DNA of 64,000 bases from an uncultured Ignavibacteriales bacterium (lineage in GTDB: Bacteria; Bacteroidota; Ignavibacteria; Tepidaquicellales; OLB5): the NCBI GenBank assembly GCA_964461265.1, contig CAYWTS010000001.1, positions 161,025-225,024 on the forward strand, given 5' to 3'. Numbering within the stretch: position 1 is the first letter of the stretch; each line of letters starts with the position of its first letter. The notes below the pieces were generated by a model. The model did not search any database. It was given only the letters and a program-made list of their open reading frames with translations, and was not told the DNA's origin. A program made the position numbers and the translations under genes. Positions 56,843 to 64,000 of this stretch are shown one piece after another.

Positions 56843-59800
56843 ATGTCTGAATTAATAATACATTCAAGAATTACTCCCCCTAAACTTCAGGCAAATATAG
56901 TCCAGAGGCTGCGTTTAACTAATTTATTGCACTCTAATATTAATAAGAGTTTAATTTTAATTTCAGCTCCTGCGGGTTATGGCAAAACAACATTAGTTCA
57001 GGAATTTATTGAATACCATTTAAATTATCCTGCAGGTAGCCGAGTCTACGTAACAGGTAACATAAAATATGCCTGGCTTCAGCTTTCACAAGATATAAAA
57101 AGCTTTTATACTTTCATCAATTACCTGATTTATTCTGTTAAACAAACAAAACCCGATTTCGGAGAAAACACACTGCAACTCCTTGACTCGATTAAAGAGC
57201 GTGCCCCTTCCAAAGGCAGAAAAACAAGTACATTAAGCGGGTACGGGCACACACGCCTGCGGAACGGACAGTCACCCAAACGTTCACTTCACAGTGCCGG
57301 ATTAAAAACCAATATTAATGAAATAGATGAAGTAATCGGGACATTAATAAATGAATTATATAAAAGCTTTACTCATAACCGACTGATACTGGTTATTGAT
57401 GATTTTAACACATTGGATGATATTAACTGGATAAATCCTGCTATCGATACTTTATTAGAACTTTTGCCGGTTAATGTGACCTTAATTCTTATTAGCCGGA
57501 CAAAACCCGGCTTTAACCTAACTAAGCTCTATGCCCACAGAAATATTTTCGAACTCGGTTCCAAAGAATTAACCTTCACATATGAAGAGATAAAAAAGTT
57601 AATTGAAAATATTTACAACTTAAAATACAGTGATGAGGTGCTTAAACGGCTTGAGTTGAGACTTGAGGGCTGGATAACAGGTATACACCTTGCTGTACAA
57701 ACTTATGGTAATGAAATTGAAAAAAAATTATCGACACCGCCTGTACGCTCCGGCATTGCAGATAGTTTACCTGATAATATTTTTAATTTCTTCGCAAATG
57801 AAATTTTCGAGAAACTTGATAACCAAACACAGCGTTTTCTGCTCGAAACCTCAGTACTCGAGCATTTTGATGCTGATATTTGCAATAATTTATTGGAAAT
57901 AACAAACAGCAAGAATATTATAAATAATCTGCTGACTAAAAATATTTTCATACAACAGGTTTCGGAAATTAATCCGAATATACAAAGTTTATCAAAAAGA
58001 ATATTCCGAAATTTCATATACCAGCCTTCATTTTCCAATTTCCTTCAAAATAAACTATGTGATACTTATCAGAAGCAAGATATCAAAAACCTTTATGAAC
58101 GTGTTGTAAACTATTATTTATCAAAAAAGGATTATATTTCCGCCATACATTATTCAACAATCTCCGAAGATTATCCCAAAGCAATTTCTTTACTGAAGGA
58201 ACATTTCCAGGATTTATTTGCTGACGGAAAATATGAATTACTATGGAAATGCATTAATAGTATCGACGAAGGTGCAGTGCAGAAAGATGCATATTTGCTT
58301 TATTATAAAGGGTTGCTGTACAGGTATTTCATGTCTGATATCGAAAGTGCTTTAAAGTATATAGAAGACTCAATATCATTATTCGAAAAGCAGAAAAACC
58401 GTACTTTCCTGATAAATAATTATGTAATAAAAGCGGCATTGCTGATACATTCAGGTAAAACCCAGGAAGTAATTGAAGACCTGTTAAGACTTTCTGAGGT
58501 AAAAACTACGCCAGCAAATAAGGCGCTGCTGTTGTATTACCTGGGTTATGCTTATTACATCAACACACAATATGATGAAGCAATAAAATATTTAAATGAG
58601 TCTATTGATATTTGTCAAAAAAATAAATTGCCTAATGTTTTGTTTGATATATTTAATGTTCTTGGTAATATATTCCTGAACCGCGGAGACTTCATTAAGT
58701 CAACTTATTATTTCGAACAGAATTACGAAAAAATAACCAATACAACATCCTACCCGCTAAACGAGCCGGGCCTTCGACCCTTAGCCGGCATAGATAAAAA
58801 ATTCTTAACTATATGCAATCTGATTGATCTTTATGCCCAATCCGGAAAATATGAAAAAGCAAAGCAATTCCTTGATAAAGGTTATGACATAATTAGTAAT
58901 TTTACAGTGCCAATATTCGAGCTTATTTTAACTATCTCAGAAGCAAGGCTGAAATTTGAAATAGGTGATTATGAAGAAACCATCAGAACTTCGGAAAAAT
59001 TAAATTTACTTTCTAAAAAATTCAACAGGCGTTATCATATTTACCTGAGCTACCGGTTGCTGGCTGCCTCTTACAGGTATTTGAACAAACCCGATAAGGC
59101 ACGGGAGTATATGAATCTTGCAGGTATTTATATTAACGAAGCTAATAAATTCCAAACAACAGAATTTGAATTTGCAGAAAAGAACCTAACATTCAGTATT
59201 TCAAATGTGTCAAACGGTTACCTCGAAACGCTAAAATCAGCCTGCAGTTTTTTCGATGAGAATAATTTCTTATATGATAAAGTACAGATTTATTATTACC
59301 TTGCTGAATATTATCTCAGCAGGAGGAATTATATAAATGCACTCGAGTATACCAAGGAATTATTTAAAATTTCTTCCGGGAAGGAATACGTTTCATTTCT
59401 TGAAAGAGAATTCAGGCAATCACGAGAAGTTTTTGATTTTGCTTTGAAGAATAATATTAATGCGGATTTTATTAACAGGATAACAGTTTCGAACCTGGAA
59501 AAAATAAATACCGGCTGGCTTTCAGAAGACTGCAAATCAAGGTTAAGGCGTGAAACTGACAGTATTTATGATATAGAAATGTACTCATTAGGCACGGTTG
59601 ATTTTAAAGTTCGGGGAAACATAATACCTGAGCACAAATGGAAAAGGAAAATGAGGAAATTAATACTTGCCTACCTTTTGCTTAACAGGAAAAAGAAGCT
59701 CACTAAAGAAAAAATAATTGAAATATTCTTTCAGAATTCACCCGCCGATAGTGCAGATAATATCTTTCATCAGTCCGTTTCCAATATACGAATGGCTGTC

Positions 59801-60394
59801 ATTCCTTCTGGGGCCAAAACACATGTTAAGCTGCCGGATAACATAAAATCAGACAAAGAAAATGAATATGCTGTCCCTAGCTATATTTTATATGAAGATA
59901 AAATTCTTAAGCTCAATCCTTTATACATATACTATATTGACGCAGAAGAATTTAATGAGTTATATGAAAGGATAAATTCTTCAAACACCAATACTGAAAT
60001 GCGTATAGTTCTTTCCAAGAAACTTATTGACCTGTATAAGGGAGAATTATTACCGGGTTATTATTATGACTGGTGTGAAGACCTGAGAAATACTTATTTA
60101 AATAAATTCATTAAAACCTCCGAGCAATTACTTGAATTATTAAAGCAAAACAAACTATTCGAAGAAATTATATTATATGCTGAAAAACTGTTAAAGTTCG
60201 ATAAACTCAACGATTCGGCATACATCAATTTAATTGAAGCTTATATTGAACTTGAAAATTTCAGCAGAGCTAATGATACTTATAAGATAATGAAGAAAAA
60301 TTATGATACGGAATTCGAAGGGAAACCACCTAAAGAAGTATTTGCTAAAGCTGAAAAGCTGTTATATTCCGGACTAAAGACCACTGAGATATAA
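56843..60394 (+). CDS. MalT-like STAND ATPase-TPR regulator with a C-terminal wHTH + BTAD domain (paralogue 2)
   Basis: APAGYGKTT, LVIDDFN, ISR, EGWITGIHL, TPRs, RKMRKLILAYLLL...HQSVSNIR and LYKGELL...WCEDLR. The ATG at 56843 is preferred over the TTG at 56834. Confidence 0.88.
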   Translation: MSELIIHSRITPPKLQANIVQRLRLTNLLHSNINKSLILISAPAGYGKTTLVQEFIEYHLNYPAGSRVYVTGNIKYAWLQLSQDIKSFYTFINYLIYSVKQTKPDFGENTLQLLDSIKERAPSKGRKTSTLSGYGHTRLRNGQSPKRSLHSAGLKTNINEIDEVIGTLINELYKSFTHNRLILVIDDFNTLDDINWINPAIDTLLELLPVNVTLILISRTKPGFNLTKLYAHRNIFELGSKELTFTYEEIKKLIENIYNLKYSDEVLKRLELRLEGWITGIHLAVQTYGNEIEKKLSTPPVRSGIADSLPDNIFNFFANEIFEKLDNQTQRFLLETSVLEHFDADICNNLLEITNSKNIINNLLTKNIFIQQVSEINPNIQSLSKRIFRNFIYQPSFSNFLQNKLCDTYQKQDIKNLYERVVNYYLSKKDYISAIHYSTISEDYPKAISLLKEHFQDLFADGKYELLWKCINSIDEGAVQKDAYLLYYKGLLYRYFMSDIESALKYIEDSISLFEKQKNRTFLINNYVIKAALLIHSGKTQEVIEDLLRLSEVKTTPANKALLLYYLGYAYYINTQYDEAIKYLNESIDICQKNKLPNVLFDIFNVLGNIFLNRGDFIKSTYYFEQNYEKITNTTSYPLNEPGLRPLAGIDKKFLTICNLIDLYAQSGKYEKAKQFLDKGYDIISNFTVPIFELILTISEARLKFEIGDYEETIRTSEKLNLLSKKFNRRYHIYLSYRLLAASYRYLNKPDKAREYMNLAGIYINEANKFQTTEFEFAEKNLTFSISNVSNGYLETLKSACSFFDENNFLYDKVQIYYYLAEYYLSRRNYINALEYTKELFKISSGKEYVSFLEREFRQSREVFDFALKNNINADFINRITVSNLEKINTGWLSEDCKSRLRRETDSIYDIEMYSLGTVDFKVRGNIIPEHKWKRKMRKLILAYLLLNRKKKLTKEKIIEIFFQNSPADSADNIFHQSVSNIRMAVIPSGAKTHVKLPDNIKSDKENEYAVPSYILYEDKILKLNPLYIYYIDAEEFNELYERINSSNTNTEMRIVLSKKLIDLYKGELLPGYYYDWCEDLRNTYLNKFIKTSEQLLELLKQNKLFEEIILYAEKLLKFDKLNDSAYINLIEAYIELENFSRANDTYKIMKKNYDTEFEGKPPKEVFAKAEKLLYSGLKTTEI

Positions 60395-61582
60395 CTTAAG
60401 TACTCCTATAAAATAATTTATGTCATTAATGCTGATAACTAAAGGTGGCAGCAATCTTATAACATTATTATTTGTGCAGTTTACCAGTATTCCGTTTTCA
60501 AGCAGATTTTGAACTATGGTTGAGCATTCAAAAGTAAATTCAATCCCTATCATTAATCCCTTTCCTCTTATATCTTTTATTATATCAGGAAATTCCAGTT
60601 GCAGCGATATTAATTTACTAATTAAATAATCACCTTTTTTTCCGGCTTCATCCATAAGCCCCTTCGATAATTCATCCAGAACCACGCAGCCTGCTGCACA
60701 AGATACAGGATTTCCTCCAAATGTTGAGCCATGGTCGCCGTATGAAAATACATTTTCAACACGTTCATTTCCAATTACAGCACCTAACGGTAAACCGCCG
60801 CCAATTCCTTTTGCCAGCAATATAATATCCGGACTCACACCATAATGGGAAAATGAAAAGAATTTACCCGTTCTTCCCGAACCCGCCTGAATTTCATCAG
60901 CTATTATAAGAAATCCGTATTTCTTTCTTAATTCAAATAATGAGTTAATAAACCCGGTATTTGCCTGATTTATTCCGCTTTCGCCCTGAATAAACTCTAA
61001 AAATACTGCTGCGGTATTCTCATTTATCTCCGCATTAAGATTTTCAACGGAATTAAACTTAAGATGTTTTACATTCGGTAGAAAAGGTTCATAACCTGCC
61101 CGGTATGCTGGTCTTTCGGTTAAAGACAAAGCTCCCATTGTCCTGCCATGGAATGAACCAGTAAAAGCCACAATGTCCAATGTATTAGAATTATTTATCT
61201 TCTTTTCTTTTGCTGAAAAATATTTCCGCGTAATTTTTATTGCAGTTTCGGTTGCTTCCGTTCCGGAGTTGCATAAAAATACTTTCTTATAGCCTGATAA
61301 TTTAATTAATTTCAGTGCAAATTCAATTTGGGCAGACTGGTAAAATATATTTGAAACATGAACATATTTTGCAGCTTGATTATGTATTGCTTCTATAACT
61401 CTCGTATGATTATACCCAAGAATATTTACAGCCAAGCCTGCAAACATATCCAGTACTTTACGCCCATTACTGTCATAAAGGTAACACCCTTCCCCCCTTA
61501 CAAAAGATACTCTCAACCTCTTGTAAGTATTGAAGAAAAGTTCTTTATCTTTTTGTATTAAGTTCTCAAGGCTTTCGCTCAT
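60374..61582 (-). CDS. argD: Acetylornithine/succinylornithine aminotransferase (class III PLP)
   Basis: NSGTEATE, SFHGRT, EFIQGESG, ADEIQAG.GRTG, AKGIGGG, HGSTFGGNP and IRLLPPL. Confidence 0.92.
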   Translation of the reverse strand: MSESLENLIQKDKELFFNTYKRLRVSFVRGEGCYLYDSNGRKVLDMFAGLAVNILGYNHTRVIEAIHNQAAKYVHVSNIFYQSAQIEFALKLIKLSGYKKVFLCNSGTEATETAIKITRKYFSAKEKKINNSNTLDIVAFTGSFHGRTMGALSLTERPAYRAGYEPFLPNVKHLKFNSVENLNAEINENTAAVFLEFIQGESGINQANTGFINSLFELRKKYGFLIIADEIQAGSGRTGKFFSFSHYGVSPDIILLAKGIGGGLPLGAVIGNERVENVFSYGDHGSTFGGNPVSCAAGCVVLDELSKGLMDEAGKKGDYLISKLISLQLEFPDIIKDIRGKGLMIGIEFTFECSTIVQNLLENGILVNCTNNNVIRLLPPLVISINDINYFIGVLKLYLSGL

Positions 61583-62190
61583 TTAACAAGGGTACATAAT
61601 AATTTATATATAAAATATGTCTGTTTTTCAAGCTCTTTCAGCGAACCGGCATTTTTTAAAATAAAATCTGCCTTATTTAATTTACGATTTTCCGACATTT
61701 GTAATTTCATGATTTTTTTTATCGCAGAACTGCTTAAACCGCTGCGTTTACGAATTCTTTCAATACGTTTTTTCACCCCGGAATATACAAGGATTACATA
61801 GTCAAGATATTTATCAGAACCACTCTCATAAATTAATGCAGCTTCGGTTACAACAATACCTGATTTAATACGTCTGTATATTTTTAATTTCTCATTAATA
61901 ACAAAAGGGTGAACAATTTCATTCACCCTTTTTTGTTTTTTATTATCCCGAAAAACAATTTCCCTCAACTTAGCAAGGTCAATTTTCCCTTTTTTATCCA
62001 GAATACCAGGACTGAATTCCTTTATGAGCTTATTCTTTAACGGAAAACTGGTTTTGTATAATTTTTTGGCAAGCTTATCCGAATCAATAACAATACAGCC
62101 TAATTCACGCAGAAAATTACATACTGCCGATTTACCGGAGCCAATTCCGCCGGTTACACCAACAAAAAGTTTTTTACTTAGCATAAGCAA
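61579..62190 (-). CDS. coaE: Dephospho-CoA kinase
   Basis: GVTGGIGSGKS, IDSD, VFRD, IVHP, EAALIYE and Q...K...ADFIL.N. Confidence 0.95.
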   Translation of the reverse strand: MLMLSKKLFVGVTGGIGSGKSAVCNFLRELGCIVIDSDKLAKKLYKTSFPLKNKLIKEFSPGILDKKGKIDLAKLREIVFRDNKKQKRVNEIVHPFVINEKLKIYRRIKSGIVVTEAALIYESGSDKYLDYVILVYSGVKKRIERIRKRSGLSSSAIKKIMKLQMSENRKLNKADFILKNAGSLKELEKQTYFIYKLLCTLVK

Positions 62191-63742
62191 CCGAGCGTCG
62201 TTCTCTTATAACGGTAACCTTTATTTGTCCGGGGTATTCCATCTCTTCCTGAATCTTTCCGGCAATATCTGCAGCAAGCTGGTCAGCCATAACATCGCTG
62301 ATTTTTTCGTGTTCAACTATAACACGTACTTCTCTCCCCGCTTGTATTGCATAAGTTTTTCCCACACCTTCGAATGATTTTGCAAGCTCTTCGAGTTTCT
62401 GCAATCTCTTAACGTACGCTTCAACCGATTCACGCCTTGCACCAGGTCTTGCACCGCTAATTGCATCGGCTGACTGGACAAGAACAGCAATTGGATGTTC
62501 CATTTCCATATCTTCATGATGTGCGCCTATGGCATTGCATACAATCTGGTGTTCTTTGTACTTTTTAGCAAGCTCGTAACCAAGTATTGCATGAGGTCCT
62601 TCTACTTCTTTATCCACAACCTTACCAATATCGTGCAATAAACCCGCCCGTTTTGCCAGAATAGGGTCAAGTCCTAGCTCAACAGCCATTATCCCGCAAA
62701 TATGCGAAACTTCGATGCTATGCTGCAAAAGATTCTGTCCATAACTGGATCGGTATTTCATCTTACCAACCATTTTTACAAACTCAGGATGCAATCCGTG
62801 CAAACCCACTTCAATAAGAGTATTTTCACCAATCCGGATAATCTCCTCTTCAAGTTCTTTTTTAACTTTATCCACAACCTCTTCAATCCTTGTAGGGTGA
62901 ATCCTGCCGTCGGCTATTAATCTTTCCATAGCTAACTTAGCAACTTCTCTTCTGAATGGATCGAAAGCAGAAATTGTAATTGCTTCAGGTGTATCATCTA
63001 CAATAATATCAACACCTGTCACCGCTTCAAAAGCTCTGACGTTTCTGCCTTCTTTACCAATTATCCTGCCTTTAAGTTCGTCATTCTCTATATTTAACAC
63101 ACTTACAGTTGTTTCAACCGAATGATCAGCTGCGGTCCGCTGTATTGCCTGTACTATTAAGTTCTTTGCGTAACGTTTGGATTCAAGTCTCATCTCGTCG
63201 CGGATATCTTTCAGTTCCTGAGCACATTGCATTTTTGCTTCGGTTATCAAATTGTTAATCAATATCTGTTTTGCTTCTTCCTGAGTTAAGCCTGCAATCT
63301 TTTCCAGCTTCACATTTTGTTCATGTATTAAGCTATCGAGTTTTTCTTCTTTCGCACTGATATCCTGGTACTTTTGATTTAAAGATTTTTCAAGCTTATC
63401 CTGTTCTCTTTCACGTTTTGCCAGGTTATCAATTTTTTTGTCAAGAAGCTCGTCTTTTTCCTGAAGTTGTTTTTCAAAAGCTCTCAGTTTATTCTTCCTG
63501 TTATGGTAATCCTGGTCAAATTCCTGTTTTTTCTTGTACCATTCATCTTTAACTTCCAGCAGTTTTTCCTTTTTCAGGTTTAATGCAGCTTTCTCTGCAT
63601 CAGCAATAATATTCTTTGCCTGCTCTTCTGCTGACATCAATCGTACTCTGGTAGCTCTTGCATTTACAAACCAACCTAGGTAAAAGATAATACCGCAAAG
63701 CAAAACAACTATCGGGATCAATATATACAGTTCTAGTGTCAT
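62174..63742 (-). CDS. rny: Ribonuclease Y
   Basis: N-terminal TM, coiled coil, KH domain (KGRIIGKEGRNVR), HD domain (LLHDIGK) and ADAISGARPGAR. Confidence 0.98.
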   Translation of the reverse strand: MTLELYILIPIVVLLCGIIFYLGWFVNARATRVRLMSAEEQAKNIIADAEKAALNLKKEKLLEVKDEWYKKKQEFDQDYHNRKNKLRAFEKQLQEKDELLDKKIDNLAKREREQDKLEKSLNQKYQDISAKEEKLDSLIHEQNVKLEKIAGLTQEEAKQILINNLITEAKMQCAQELKDIRDEMRLESKRYAKNLIVQAIQRTAADHSVETTVSVLNIENDELKGRIIGKEGRNVRAFEAVTGVDIIVDDTPEAITISAFDPFRREVAKLAMERLIADGRIHPTRIEEVVDKVKKELEEEIIRIGENTLIEVGLHGLHPEFVKMVGKMKYRSSYGQNLLQHSIEVSHICGIMAVELGLDPILAKRAGLLHDIGKVVDKEVEGPHAILGYELAKKYKEHQIVCNAIGAHHEDMEMEHPIAVLVQSADAISGARPGARRESVEAYVKRLQKLEELAKSFEGVGKTYAIQAGREVRVIVEHEKISDVMADQLAADIAGKIQEEMEYPGQIKVTVIRERRSVAYAK

Positions 63743-63807
63743 TATTTTACTCCTGTGACCTGCCTTTTTAAAAACAGGTAATATATTTTAAAAAAATTCA
63801 ATAAAAA

Positions 63808-64000
63808 AACCGCACACGATTTAGACCGCAGTGAAAGGCATTAGAACCCTTTCTTAGTACGGTGGGAAGTGCCGAAATGTTTTTTGCTTCCACTGTTCAC
63901 CATTTTCCCTTTTATGGAAAACAGATGAATCCCTCTCACGGTCACCCGGATAGGGTGAGGCCTGTAATCAACATGTTACACGAGCTTACCTCCCATTAAG
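63808..64000 (-). ncRNA. ssrS: Probable 6S RNA, 3' part (5' end beyond the window)
   Basis: Lies directly upstream of rny, the usual zapA-6S-rny context. It has the minus-strand 3' motif cccacc...gggttc and atgggag in the central region, and is followed by a T-run. Confidence 0.7.

Noticed and set aside
53299-60394. Avs-type antiphage defence system
   Set aside because: There is no nuclease, TIR, Sir2 or other killing effector and no defence-island neighbours. The output domain is transcriptional.

Overview
A low-GC chromosomal window that looks like Ignavibacteria (inferred from the QNYPNPFN T9SS C-terminal domains, the 6S-rny arrangement and the gene content). It is mostly housekeeping and metabolic genes: folD, prmA, ppx, glgB/GH57/malQ, ppk2, lptF/G family, two kbl homologues, polA, crcB, dapA, ychF, ftsH, hpt, rpsU, three parvulin/SurA chaperones, argD, coaE and rny. 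RNA genes are tRNA-Lys(CTT), SRP RNA and a probable 6S RNA cut by the window end. I found no CRISPR array, prophage, integrase or transposase. The most unusual signals are five. (1) An intact tRNA-Lys is nested between the two arms of a short palindrome, which itself splits an older degenerate tRNA copy. (2) A second SRP-RNA-like hairpin lies 7.7 kb from ffs and has a remodelled Ffh-binding loop. (3) An acetyl-CoA-synthetase-like enzyme, a stand-alone carrier protein and a divergent Kbl form a cassette. (4) Two large STAND-TPR-wHTH-BTAD regulators sit in tandem. (5) Several families of short GC-rich palindromes occur between genes, in the 6S RNA and in frame inside proteins. Four accessory genes are disrupted. 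All alignments and RNA folds were done by eye and no database searches were run.
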